Positions 13,344 through 26,510 of a DNA stretch of 64,000 nucleotides are shown piece after piece; position 1 is the stretch's first letter; each line of letters begins with the position of its first letter. Origin of the DNA: Octopus vulgaris (Eukaryota). The translations under genes and the position numbers were made by a program. Under the pieces are notes generated by a model. It ran no database searches. It saw nothing but the letters and a program-made list of their open reading frames with translations, and was not told the origin of the DNA. The stretch covers positions 87,482,001 to 87,546,000 of the forward strand of contig OX597822.1 in the NCBI GenBank assembly GCA_951406725.2, given 5' to 3'.

Positions 13344-15935
13344 CCTTTCTACTACATGGCCTGGAATTTGAGGGTAGGGGGGGATAGTTGATTACATCAA
13401 TCCCCAACTGCAAGGTCATGTGCTGTTTATGTTGATATAAGATCACCATGTTGTGTGCACATGTGGTCATGATGGGGATATTGGGCTTCGTATAATTGTA
13501 CCCCAGTGTTACTTTGGTGGTCTGAGCTGCTCTCTTACTCAATAACAATAAAAAGTAGCAACTTTCAGAGGAGGAATTTCAGAATTAGTCAAAATAATAA
13601 ATCTATGTCAACAAGCATTTTTGTATCATCACCTCTTTCATTATCCCTTTGATATGAGTTGAATGTTGTTTTCCATACTGCTATGGTTTAGGTATGGCAT
13701 TTCAATCCTGCATACTGTTTCCTGAGGGTTGAGCTGAAGATTTTAGAGTTCATTAAAAAACATAGTTAAATGAAATACAACACATATCGTTCCAAATTTT
13801 TATATTTTATTTACTATTTGCTATAGAAAAATTACACAGTTTAACAGTTTCTATCAAATCTTTGTTCCTCTGATATCTTACACAAACAGTAGAACAGCTG
13901 CTTGAAAACAAACAAAACAAACAAACAAACTGAATAACTGAGTTAAGGCATGTTTTTAGTTCAAGGCTCTGGGCTTGTTCCTTCAGTGAATCAACAATAT
14001 TGTAGTAAATATTATGCTATTAAATATTTTGGCATATTGTGGGGACAGTAACTAAATTGTCAGTTGGGTTATACAGTGAAGCATTAGAAAAACTCCAAAA
14101 AAGATGTCCTAGTACATGAGATGTCTTGACTGTCATGGTATTTTACCAGAATGAAAACAAGAAATTATTACAAATGCAAAATAACTGGGGTCATTATTTA
14201 TGAGAAGTTGAAATTCAAGTGCTTATAGTTTTCCAACAAAGGCATCAACTTCATGGAAATTATTGGTTTGGTAAAAGTTTGTTTGATAATGTTAAAATAT
14301 ATGTTGAATTTATTCAATGGATCCTTCATAAACCTAATTTTTCTGCCTTGTTACACACACACACACACACACTCTCACACACGTATAAATTCAACAGATT
14401 ATTAACATTATCAAACAAGCCTTTTTATTAAGTTCAAGCCTTTGTAGGAAAACTATAAACACTTGAATTTTAACTTCTCGCTAATAATGAACCTTGTTAA
14501 TTCATATTTGTATGTTCCTGTCTTCACATTACATACACACACACACGCACACACACAAACCAATATTTTATAATATATAGAATTATGTCAGAGGAATGAA
14601 GAGTGGTTAATACATGTAGAGGATATGTTTTTTTGTTTTCTATTGAAACTGAAACTTGAGTTGTAAGACAAATTCTCAGCTTCAATTTTGATAAAAAACA
14701 AAGAAAAACATATCAATTTAATGTCCATGTTTCCCTGCTTCTATGGAATTTGTTGAGGCAGATTTTCTACAGCCAGATGCCGTTCTTGTTGCCAACCTTC
14801 ATATCCAAGTGAAGTAATATTTTCCCATGACCAGATAAGTTTTCATGAAAATTTGGAAATGAATAACACTGCTTGCATAACAATGAGACTCATTTACAAC
14901 TGTCACACAGTGTTGAGGCAAGGAGACAGTAATACAAGCATGCACATACATATAGGATGCTTCTTTCAGTTTCCAGCATTCACAAGGATTCAGTGAAAGA
15001 CACATAATGTGTGTGAGTATAGCTCTGACCTTTGACTTGACATCATGTGATCGTTGTAAATGACTGCCATTGTCATTCCTTTCCAATATTTGGCAAAAGC
15101 ATGTCTGTTGCTTTGTGTGGATACAGGAAAGGGCATCTGGTGTGGAAAATCTGCCATCCAACTCAATGCAAGCATAGAAAAGCATGGGGACATTAAGAGG
15201 ATGAATATTAATGTTTATGTATGTGCGTTTTGTTTATAAAGTACTAAAATTTGAGTAACAAAAACACACACACAATTAATAAAATCTGAGAAACAAAAAC
15301 ATCAAAACAAAATTTTTTCTTAAAAATAAAAATTAAAAAAAATTAGAAAAAAAAAAGATTTCCTTGCACCTTTGAAATTTAAGAATTAAAAAAAAAATTA
15401 AAATGAAAAGTCAGTTTGAAAAGTACCAGATGAATCTGTTCATCTTATAAAACAAATAGATGAGTTTGGCCATCATTTATACATGAGCTTGGATTTTGGT
15501 ATAAATCTACAGTGGATCCAAACTCAGTTTTAAGATTAATCTTCTCCAAGGATATTTTTTTAGCTGACCCCTTTTTGATAATTAGAAACAATGCTCGTGT
15601 GAAATAATTTATGGGTTAAAAATAAAAGATGTTAAAAAAATTCTTGATAGGGATTGAAATTTGAGGTGAAGTAAATGTTAAATCATAGAACATTTTCTTT
15701 AATTGATGCCATGTAGAAAGAGAGGAAAACTTGGAATGGAATTCTAGAAAATTCTGTCAAAAAAACAAAAAAAACAAAATCCTGCATAAGGCTTATTTGG
15801 AATGTGTTGCTTCAAATTATAAATCTTGATTTGACATTTCTCTACGGCCAGCAGAGAAAGAAAGTCCTAAAACTGTACAGCAGTTACTGGCAGATGAATC
15901 GGGGGAATGAACAGACAGGAACACAGGAGAATGGA

Positions 15936-16118
15936 TTAATTTTTATCTTTCTTCACTTCTTTGTGGTCTTTCTTCTTTCTGAAAAAAGAAGAAAACCCTT
16001 TCTTTTTTTTCTCCTTTTCTAGTTTTGAATTATCATCATCATCTTCAAATGTCTGAGGCATGAATTGATGACTACCAAGATCTGTGGTACTTTCAACTGA
16101 GCTGGATGACATAGGCCG
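15936..16118 (-). CDS. SPTBN5: Beta-heavy spectrin terminal coding exon
   Basis: tttctttcag acceptor; RPMSSSSVESTTDLGSHQFMPQTFEDDDDNSKLEKEKKKKGFSSFFRKKKDHKEVKKDKN then TAA; resembles the basic/aromatic ends of PH-containing beta-spectrins. Confidence 0.85.
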   Translation of the reverse strand, partial: RPMSSSSVESTTDLGSHQFMPQTFEDDDDNSKLEKEKKKKGFSSFFRKKKDHKEVKKDKN

Positions 16119-16849
16119 CTGAAAGAAATTTACACAGATATGTAGAAGAAATACATGTTCATAACATACAAGTGAATCAATTAGTCACCAATAATCACCA
16201 AATAAACACATTTAACAGCAGCTAATGTTTAGCTAGAATAAACCATAGATAGGGAAATCCAAACATTACTGTTACAAGCTGTGATTTTTTATAAGATAAG
16301 AGGAAGAGCCAGGGAAAACCCTGACAAAACTGACTAAAAATGTTTTAACCACTTGACCACAACAAAAGCATTACCTTTTAACCCATCCAAACAAAAGTTA
16401 GCCCCTCTGCTAAGTCCTCCTTAATACCTTGTTATTTCACTCTGCCTCAGTTCCTAGAGCATAAACTTTTTATATTCAGCATACATTACTCTTCAATAAA
16501 CCATAATCACCCCCCTCTCCACTTGTTATACATCTTTATCACAAGAAAAGGAAAGAAAGTACTAAAAATTTGATAAAGATTTTTATGATTTGTACTCTAG
16601 TTAGTTTGTAGCTTATATATTATACTAATATATTATACCTTTTTTTTTAGTTAATAGTATGCAAGTATTTCACTGTACATCTCTGACAATTCTTAAACAC
16701 ATAAATATAAAAAGAAGCAACAGACCAAGAAACCTCCATGGTGCCTAACAGCAGACACCACCCTCTATCCATTTTCTCCCATCACTGTTCTTGGGAGGGC
16801 AACGGAGGGAGAGTGCTCAGCCACTTCTTCCATAGAATCCTATCAGAAG

Positions 16850-17230
16850 AATCTGTCATTAGACTTTTCATTTTCAATTGGATTCTCAAGCATGACCATT
16901 AGATATTACTCCAGCTATCTGTTTCTTGGTCTACCCCAAGGTCTCTTGCCAGTTGACTTGGCTTGATGACTCCATCTTGCAATTTTTTCCTGTAATATTC
17001 TGATCACATGTCTGTAACACTGGAGCTGTGTCCTTTCAATGTGAAGTAGTGGCTTGACCCAGAGAGACACCCTGGTCTTCAAGCTGTGTACCCTGTTGGT
17101 TAATGTCACTCTAGAGACTCTTCAGAGGAACCCCATTCCATAACTATCATACTCTTTCAGTCATTAACAAAACATTCACGACCATAAGTGGGACAAGCAT
17201 GTAAGCCCAACTGAACAGAGCAAGTCTTGC
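16850..17230 (-). mobile_element. RTE-clade LINE remnant
   Basis: ORF 16915..17109 with LLHIERTQLQCYRHV..GKRPWGRPRNR. Confidence 0.7.
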
Positions 17231-17583
17231 TTTTTTTTCTTTTTTTTACTAAATTCTCCTCTTCTGAGAATCAAATACTGAAGCTGGCACATTATTTTAG
17301 ACACAGCAGGAAGAGAGTCTCTGCACCAATCATCATCAAGCAAACTAATTAAATGACTAACGAAATGAACAAAAACACCTTAGTAACATCAGGTCATTAA
17401 ACTTTTAAAGCAATATTAGTATTTATTTTGTTGTTAACTATTATGTTTCTATTTTTAAAATAAAAAAAAAAATGTATCAAAGCAAGGAATCATTAAGCAA
17501 AATATTACTGTTTGCATGCATGCACACACACTCCAATGACAACTGCTTGAAACTTAAGAGAAAGAACTGAACAAAATATTTAC

Positions 17584-17603
17584 CCTTTGAAGTGCTTCAA
17601 TGT
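17584..17603 (-). CDS. SPTBN5: 20-nt micro-exon (DIEALQR)
   Basis: tttttccttcttgttgcag|ACATTGAAGCACTTCAAAGG|gtaaat; converts phase 1 to phase 0, which the last exon needs. Confidence 0.75.
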
Positions 17604-18019
17604 CTGCAACAAGAAGGAAAAATTATATTGTCATTTAAAATATACAGAAAATTTTTTTTTAAATACCTAAAGTTGAAATCTTATGAATCATACTTCTAAA
17701 TCTTATATGAGAGAAAATTGATGAATTGTTGTCATGAACACACACAAATTTTTCTTTATATACATTCACAACTGGAATCAAAATACACTGACCTCTAAAC
17801 ACACACAATTTTGTATGCCTAAGTTATAGTTCAGCAACTCTTATGCTAAGGGACTAAAATAATTCAGTAAAACTAATTTAATCTGTATGTTTGTTACAAT
17901 CACTTGCCAAGACACATCCAGTGTCCTGGGGTGAGTGAAGGATAACAGAAATTACAGTTTGACTGAAAGCTTGGGGAGGGGAAGAGGCAGAAACAGTAGT
18001 GAAATATCTTCATGTAATA

Positions 18020-18905
18020 CAAATGAATAGGGTTTTTCTAAGGATGTGGGCAGTACTTGTCAGCGCAATCTTTTAGATTTCTCTGAGGCATGGTTCTCCT
18101 GAGATATTATCTATATGTCTGACATCCCTTTTTTATCATACATAGGGCACCTACAATTGCAAGAACAGTTCTCGCTTTAAGATGCCAGATCTTTTGTATT
18201 TCAATTTCCAGGTCCTTACATTTACTTAATTTGTCAAATTCCGTTTCAGATAAATTTTTATCAGTGGGAACACTTCTATTAATCTACAAGTGTTTTCTTC
18301 TCTGTCTTTAATAATTATGTCTAGTCAATTAGCCTGGATCGTTGTGTCAGTATTGACTGGAAAATCCCAGAGGATAGTGACATTTTTACCTCCAACAACT
18401 GGCTCAAGTTGATGTTCATACTAGTAAGCGTGAGTGCTCATTTTGTAGTGTTTACATATTTTCCAATGTAAATACTATCCTACCCTATTGTGGTGATTTT
18501 TGTATTCATTTGGTGTCAGCACAGGACTGGTCTGTTGTTTCATTAAATGTATCTCAGAATCTGCATTTAGGGTCAGAACCATCTTGAAGAATGTTAGCCT
18601 GGTAGTTTAGTTGTAAGAAAGCTTTGATCTTGGGCTGCCAATACAAAACCTTCAGTCTCTACTTTCAGCCACGAACTTCTCAACCACTGATGAGTTGTTG
18701 CTTGGTTTACATCAGCATTTTGACTTCGAAGTATATACTGTCCATGCAGAAGCTTCTGGCTCCACTATGCCTCAATTTGTTTCTACCTGTTCCTTTTTTT
18801 GCAGTTTGCTTGATCTGTTTTGCTTGTTTTCAGGGTTAATGCCAAGTTCCCTTGCGAATTTTCAAACTTTCTTGACAATAGAAAGTGGCTTTTTGCTGCT
18901 TTCAA
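18020..18905 (-). mobile_element. R4/Dong-like non-LTR retrotransposon fragment (restriction-like endonuclease region)
   Basis: HHNRVG*YLHWKICKHY..YEHQLEPVV..VTILWDFPVNTDTTIQAN*LDIIIKD; 5' junction abuts a (TAA)n tract at about 18908-18939. Confidence 0.8.
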
Positions 18906-19819
18906 GTTTATTATCATTATTATTATTATTATTATTATTCTAGTGCATGCTAATTTAGTTAGCAGCTATTATATCTTGAGGTCTGGAGTCTCTTCAAATC
19001 TCAAAATTGCACCTAGAAAGTTCCCTTCTGAGGTACAAGTCCAGGCAAGGTTGTTTATTAGAAGACCAGCAGTAGCCCAGGCATTCCTATGTGATGTTAT
19101 CCAAGGGAAAAGGCAAAAGCCGATACAGCTTGGCACCACTGACATCACAACTCACTTCTACAGCTGAGTGAACTGTGAAATAAAGTGACTTGCTCAAGAA
19201 CACAACACACAACCCAATCCAGGAATCAAACTCACTACCTCATGACTATGAGCCCTATGCTCTAATCATGTGCCTCAATAGTATGGTCAGTTTTTATGGC
19301 AAAGTCCCATAAGATCTTGTAATTCTCATTTTTTATCTGGTTTGTGTTCACACTAATTTTCTGTCGTTTTGAATCCACATATTTGTCTAATATCCCAAAT
19401 CACTCTTTTTCCTGTGCAGTCATGTCTGCACTTGTACTCCTTTTGTGCTTGTATACTGCACCCACTTAAAAGGTGATTAATACTCTCAATGCTTTAAGAT
19501 ACTTGTTCCAATTTCTTATAGACTGAGCTCAAATCTATCAAAATTCAATACTGCCTTTCGTATTTTCTGCATGATAAATAAAGTTAGTGAATTAGCAGAG
19601 CTGTTAGAGTATCAGATAAGAGGCCTTGTAGTACTAATTCCTGTGCTGTGTGTTCTGTATTCAAATTTTATTTCATGTGACTAACAACTCTTAACTGAAA
19701 TAAAATTAATAGAAATGTCAGTTTTTTTCTTTTTTGGATGATAGGATGAACTGTGATGTGAGAAAGTAAGTGGAGTTTCTTTGAAAGATTAAAAAAAAAA
19801 ATGCATGAAATATACAAAC

Positions 19820-19912
19820 CATTATTTTCTGGGGGTTTTTGCGACAATGAACTGTAATTACTGGTGGCATCCCAGGAATCAGAAGTCTCTTTGGATATGA
19901 AACCGTCTTTAC
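19820..19912 (-). CDS. SPTBN5: Beta-heavy spectrin C-terminal tail exon
   Basis: 93 nt, phase 1/1, ttctcccag acceptor, gtttgt donor; KDGFISKETSDSWDATSNYSSLSQKPPENN. Confidence 0.7.
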
Positions 19913-20239
19913 CTGGGAGAACATAATATAGCAACATTTTTAAAGCTGTAAACTTAATTTTTGTAGGAAAGAGATGCAGTAGAGCTTGAGAGGTAGTGTA
20001 TATTACTGGTACAATTATATTAAGTTGAACATAAGGCATTTCAACCTGAATGAATCTGGACTCAAAAAAGCAAAAACTAAAACTAGACTTAGTAGTGCAA
20101 CTAGTGTAAATAATCTAGAGTTTTACTATTTCTTTCTCCTCTGACATTCTAAACTTCTGCATTTAACTATATTTTCTACAGAACTGTCATCACCGCTGCA
20201 GTTATCAACCTCATTTCATTTTTTATTTATATATTTCAT

Positions 20240-21100
20240 CTAGTTTCAGCTCACGAGCTGTGGCCCTGCTGGGGCACCGCTATTTGGTGTTGCTACATGA
20301 TTTTACTTCATAAATGCTTTTTAGCAATTGAACATTTGGTGCATGAGAGAGTTTGATGCAGCTGCCCTCATCTGCACCTCCTGCCGCAAAGTTGGTTCAT
20401 CTGGGATACCTGACAGGAAGAGGTCCAGCTTTATTTTGAAGACACCTACATCCACCCCATGCAGGTCTCTCAGGTCCTTCGGGAGGATATTGAAGAGCTG
20501 TGGACCCCTGAAGCTCAGGCTATTGCAGTATCTTGTCCTACATCTTGATGGCAAATTTGGAGTCCTTGGCACTATGCAGTGGCACCCAGTTCTAGTATTT
20601 GTGTAACTCTCAATACCAAAGTTTGGGGCAAGTCCTTCCAGGATCTTCCAGATGTATATTATGGCATATCTTTCTTGCCTACGCTCTAAGGAATAGAGTT
20701 TTAATCTCTTGAGTCGTTCCCAATAGCTTATATGCTGCATAGAGGCTATCTTCTTCGTGTAGCTTCGTTGGATTGCCTCAAGTTCTGAGATTAATTTGAC
20801 ACTGGTTGGTGACTATAGCTGAGAGCAATAGTCAAAGTGGCTTAGGACAAGAGTCCTCCAGAGGACCATCATGGTTTCCTGGTCTCTTGTTCTAAAAGTT
20901 CTAAGAATCCATCCAGTTAGCTGCCTACATTTCATTGCCAATTTAGCAATATGCACATGAAAGGTTGCATCATTACTCATGTAAATGCCCAGGTCTCACA
21001 CTGACTGTGCCTCTGGAATTGCAATCCCTCCAGGTCCAGTGTATTTATTGGGTATTGCATTTAGTTTTGCATGCTGATAGCACAAAGCTTGAAATTTTTC
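20240..21100 (-). mobile_element. CR1-like LINE 3' fragment
   Basis: SYWERLKRLKLYSLERRQERYAIIYIWKILEG..GPQLFNILP; 3' UTR stem-loop at about 20245-20260. Confidence 0.9.
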
Positions 21101-22409
21101 TATGCTCATGTTTACTTTTCTATGTTATCATGGGCAAGATGAGTGTATTTTGGGGCAGAGTTCTCTTTAGTTGGATGTCTTTCTTGTCAACAAGCCCCAC
21201 TTGTGAGATAACTTCCCTGTTTATCAAACAGCTCAGACTTGTTTATGTGAATAACTGTAAACAAATATCAGCATATAAAGACATGAAGCTGATACAGTTA
21301 AACAGACACAGCTGATTGCGAGTGAATGGATTCTGAAAAATAACACGACTCCAAATTTAATCTATAATAATCTATGATAATACCTATTTCTTTATTACCT
21401 ACAAGGGGTTAAACATAGAGGGGACAAACAAAGGTATTAAGTCGATTACATCGACCCCAGTGCGTAACTGGTACTTAATTTATTGACCCCGAAAGGATGA
21501 AAGGCAAAGTCGACCATGGCGGAATTTGAACTCAGAACGTAACGACAGACGAAATACCGCTAAGCATTTCGCCCAGTGTTCTAACGTTTCTGCCAGCTCA
21601 CCGCCTATGATAATACCTTTTCATTACAACCTAACTATTTGAAAGAGATCCACCTACCACAAAAAATTTTGACTGAACAGAGACTATATAAATCTAAGGT
21701 GAACAAAAAAGAAATTATATACATGCATATTTCACACGCACTCACATAGTCCCATTGAGCAAGTGTCTTCTACGGTGTCAAGCTGACCAAAGCATTGTGA
21801 TATTGTTTGGTAGATAGAAACTGAAAGGAGCCTGTTGTATATACATATATCTGTGTGTGTGTGAATGTTTGTGTCTGTATTTGTCCCCCACCACCACTTG
21901 ACAACCAGAGTTGGTGTGTTTATTTTCCCATAATTTAATGGTTTGGCAAAAGAGACAATAAATACCAGGCTTAAAAGTATAAGTAGTGGGCTTGATTTGT
22001 TTGACTAAAAATTTTTGAAGATTATACTCCCAGTATGGCCACAGCCTAACAAATGAAGCCTGTAAAAGACACACACACATTGTTTATTGTTTACTTGCTT
22101 CAGTCATTAGACTGTGGCCATGCTGGGGCACAGCCTTGAAGAATTTTAATCAGACAAATTGACCCAAATAATTTTTTTTTGAAGGACGTTAAACGATGTT
22201 GAAATACAAGAAGGATTATTATTCAAGTTCTGTCCTCATAAAATTTATCTGCATGTTCACAGTATTTAAACGTATACAGTTCAACAGGAATTTCAAATGT
22301 TATGTATAAACCATATATAAATATATACATATATATATATACGTATATATACGTATATATGTATATATAAATATATACATATATATATACGTATATATAT
22401 ACATATATA

Positions 22410-22700
22410 TAACGGGAAGCTTTATGAAAATAGACAAAAGACGAAGGCAGGTTTACGGAAATAAACAAAAGACGAAGGCAGGTGGAATACAAACAAACAA
22501 TTGAATTAGTATGGCGCTCAGGAAATATAAATAAAACAAGTCTTTAACATTTCGAGCCTACGCTCTTCAACAGAAAGATACACAGATACACAGAAAGAAG
22601 GAGAGAAAAAAATGCGTGCAGAGGCTAGCAAATCAACATGGCGATCTGATTTCGGCCAGAAGTCAAAGATCAAACGTGAGACGCAAGAGCGAAATTAGGG
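22410..22700 (-). mobile_element. Penelope-like terminal-repeat remnant with minimal hammerhead motif
   Basis: Minus strand TCTTT-CTGTTGA-A-GAGC(GTAG)GCTC-GAAA-TGTT-AAAGA at 22541-22578. Confidence 0.55.
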
Positions 22701-22959
22701 GAGATAATAGGGTTAAATGACTTTGCTCCAACATAAGAGTGTGTGTGTGTATGAGAAGAGTGTGTGTGTGTATGAGAAGAGTGTGTGTGTGTGTATGAGA
22801 GAGTATTAGTGCGTATGAGAGGTCTGGACGTGTGTATGTATATATGATGCGATGTGTAAAGTTGTATGGTGTAGTGTAGAGAGATGAGGGAAGAGGGGGT
22901 GTATGTATATATGATGTGATGTGTAAAGTCGTATGGTGTAGTGTAGAGAGAGGAGATGA

Positions 22960-23215
22960 GGGAAGAGGGGGGAGGTAAGGGGGGAGAGAGGGGAGGGTGA
23001 GGGGGAGAAAGAAAGGGGAGAAGAGGAGGGGGAAGGGGAGAAGGAAGGAGAGGAGAAGAGGAGGGGAGAGGAGGAGGGAGGAGAGAGGGAGAGAGAGAGA
23101 GAAGGGGAGTGAGGGAGCAGAGAGAGAGAGGGAAGGGGAAGAGGGAAGAAGGAGGGAGGGAGAAAGAGGGAAGAAGAGTAGGGATGAAAGGATGAAGGAC
23201 TGAAGAGAAGGGCCA
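22960..23215. repeat. Polypurine (G/A) tract
   Basis: Almost exclusively G and A on the plus strand. Confidence 0.9.
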
Positions 23216-23249
23216 CAGTCAAATGACTGAAACAAGTAAAAGAGAAAAG

Positions 23250-23850
23250 AGATATATACGCATATATATACACGTATACATACACGTATATATATACATG
23301 TATATATATATATATACACATGTATATATATATATACGTACATATATATATATATATATACGTACATGTATATACATATATACGTACATATATATATATA
23401 TACGTACATATATATATATATACGTACATATATATATATATACGTACATATATATATATACGTACATATATATATATACGTACATATATATATATACGTA
23501 CATATATATATATACGTACATATATATATACGTACATATATATACGTGTATATATATACATGTATATATATACGTATATATACATATATATATATACGTA
23601 TATATACATATATATACGTATATATATATACGTATATATACATACGTATATATACATATATATATATGTACATATATATACATACGTATATATACATACG
23701 CATATATACATGGTTATATATACATGCGTATATATACATGCGTATATATACATGCATATATACATATACATGCGTACACATATACATGCATATATACGTA
23801 TACACATATATGGATATACATGTATATTTATATATATATGTATATATTTT
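23250..23850. repeat. Compound (TA)n minisatellite with TACGTACA cores
   Basis: Units of about 16-22 nt; source of the Y/I-rich ORFs. Confidence 0.95.
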
Positions 23851-23859
23851 GTTTTTCTT

Positions 23860-25280
23860 GTTTTAGGTCAGAGCTGCAGCCATGCTGATGCACCGCCGTT
23901 TTGTGCTACACTGTCATTATGAAGAGCCTCCTCTAATATGTGGCACTTGGTGAAGAATGGAGTTTGACATAGCTACTCTCATTTGCACCTCTTGCCATGA
24001 GGTAGGTTCATCTGGGGCTCTCGACAGGAAGATGTCCAGCTTTGATTTAAAAACCGCTACATCTACTTTGTGCAAGTTGCTCAGACTCTTTGGGAGAATA
24101 TTAAAAAGCTGTGGGCCCTTGAAACCCAGGCTGTTGCAGTAGCTGGTCCTGAAGCGTGATGGCATTGCTGGGATCTTTGGAACTATGCAGTGTTGTCCCG
24201 TTCTAGCATTGGTGTAGCTTACAATACCAAAATTTGGCACAATTCCTTCCAGGATCTTCCAGACACATATTACTGCATACCTCTCCCGTCTTCTCTCCAG
24301 GGAGTAGAGACTTAGCTGTTTCAACCTTTCCCAGTAGCTGAGCTGTTGCAAAGAGACGATCTTCTTTGTGAATCTTCTCTGGATTGTGGTCACACACTGA
24401 TTTTGACTCAGGGATTGCAATTCTTCCTGGGCCAGTGTATCCGGTCTGCATGTCGTTTACCTTTGTGTGCCGGTAGCGCAGGGCCTGGAACTTCCCTGTG
24501 TTAAACTGCATGTTGTTGTCCTCAGCTCACCTGTATATTGTATCCAACTCCCGTTGCAGATGTGCAATATTTCCAGGGTTTTGTATTGTGTGGGAGACTC
24601 TTGTATTATTTGCATAGCTAGCAAGGGTGGCCATCTTAGCAACTGAGGGCATGTCTGAAAGGGCCACTATGAACAGCAGTGGCCCCAAGACAGTGCCCTG
24701 TGGAACACCGCTTGTTATTTGTGTTTCCTTGGAGGTAGCTCCATTGGCCACAACTGCCTGCGTTCTATCTTTCAGGAAGTTGTGCAGCCACTCTCCAAGT
24801 TTTCCGCCTATGCTGAGATCACGCAGTTTCTGACAGATCATGGTCGACTTTATCAAAGGCTTTTGCAAAGTCGAGATATATCACATCTACATTTGAGCCA
24901 TTTAGTAGCTGTTTTAACGCTCAGTCATAGTGTTGAAGGAGCTGTGTTAGACAGCTTCTACCTGGTCGAAATCCATGCTGGGTATCAGTCAGCAAGTCAT
25001 TTTCTTCAAGGAACATGATTAGTTTCTTGCGGACTATTCGTTCCATGACTTTGCTGATGTGTGAGGTCAGAGAGATAAGCCTATAATTTTTAGCATCTGC
25101 TCTGCTTTCTCCCTTATAGATAGGGCATATCCCTTCTTTCAATTTGACTGGGAGCTTACCACTTGCAAGAAAGCTCTGAAAAAGAAGTTGTAGCGGTTTT
25201 GCAAGGGCTCATTTGCACGATTTGAGAAGGATCGCTGGAAATCCATCAGGTCCAGCAGCTGAGTTTGTCAATCTCATCAT
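23860..25280 (-). mobile_element. CR1-like LINE fragment with RT domain
   Basis: AGPDG, NYRLISLTS, QHGFRPGRSC, GVPQGTVLGPLLF, ASYANNT (decayed YADD), YSLERRRER; frameshifted. Confidence 0.92.
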
Positions 25281-25573
25281 ACACATACATGCATACACAT
25301 ACATGCATACACACACATGCATACACACACACATACACACACATACATACACACACACATACATACACACATATACATACATACACACACACACATACAT
25401 ACACACACATACATACACACATATCACACACACATACATACATACACACATATACATACGCACATACACACATACATACGCACATACACACATATACATA
25501 CACACATATACATACACACGTATACATACATACACACACATATACATACATACACACATACATATACATACAC
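25278..25573. repeat. (CA)/(CATA) compound microsatellite
   Basis: Direct inspection. Confidence 0.95.
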
Positions 25574-26510
25574 CAATTTAGTGCTGTCTTATTACATTGT
25601 AAAAGTGAACAAACAATAGCAAAACATGTAAAGAGTTTTCACCTATACATGCTGAGTTCTAGAAGCATTGTGTTCTACCCACACATTACAATAAAATTTT
25701 CACCATACAGACCAAACTACATTACTACCATCCCATCTATGCTCTGATCCTTGTTAGTATACCTGGCACTTCTCCACCATCCCTCTCCTGCACTCATGCT
25801 GTTCCCCCCCCCTCTCTCTTCTCTCTAGTTGCCTATTTCTGTCCTCATTCTTGCTAACTCTGGCTTGGTGACCACATACCTCCTCTACAGCAAGACACTT
25901 GTTTCTCTCTCTCTCTCTACCGCACTCTAATCTTTCATCATCTGACACAAGATCACCTCCTCCAAAGTTCCCTCCCCTCTCAAAGGTCCTTTTGTCTTGC
26001 AAGTTACTTAGTGACCCCACCAGTGCAGGGGGCCATGTAAAAAGCACTCAGTCCACTCTGCTAGGTGACTAGTGTGAGGAAGGGCATCCAGAGTGCCACA
26101 GACAGACACCAAAGTCTGGTGCAGTCTTTTATCTGGCCAGCTCCTGTCAAACCATCCAACCCATGCCAGCATGGAAGGTGGACATCAAACGATGATGATG
26201 ATGACGAATATTAAGCATTGAGCTAATGCTTTCTTTTCTTCACAACACACTTATTTCTCATTGGATGTTTGATATTCAATAGCAATAAGCATGTTAATAC
26301 TAATTTAATCATTACATCAAAGTCTGCAGAGTTCAAGAGGAAGATAAATACAAATATATATTTATGTTTGTGCATTGCTATAGGAATTAAAAAAACAAAA
26401 CACAATATTTCTGCATTAAACGATCTTTATCACTGACCTCTGACCAGTAATGCAACTTTGTCCAGATGTAACCTGGTTTATTTATAATGCTTACAATATT
26501 TTTGTGTGTG

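Noticed and set aside
13800-15935. Spectrin poly(A) site
   Set aside because: Several minus-strand AATAAA candidates (near 14425, 14310, 13806); cannot choose without transcript data
23330-23540. Regularly spaced repeat resembling a CRISPR array
   Set aside because: Spacers are just (TA)n, no cas genes, eukaryotic intron
22663-23922. Long ORFs (up to 380 aa) rich in Y/I/M/C
   Set aside because: Translations of (TA)n and polypyrimidine repeats, open in several frames on both strands
25209-25747. His/Thr- and Cys/Val-rich ORFs, also at 29333-30085 and 34787-35215
   Set aside because: (CA)/(CATA) microsatellite artefacts
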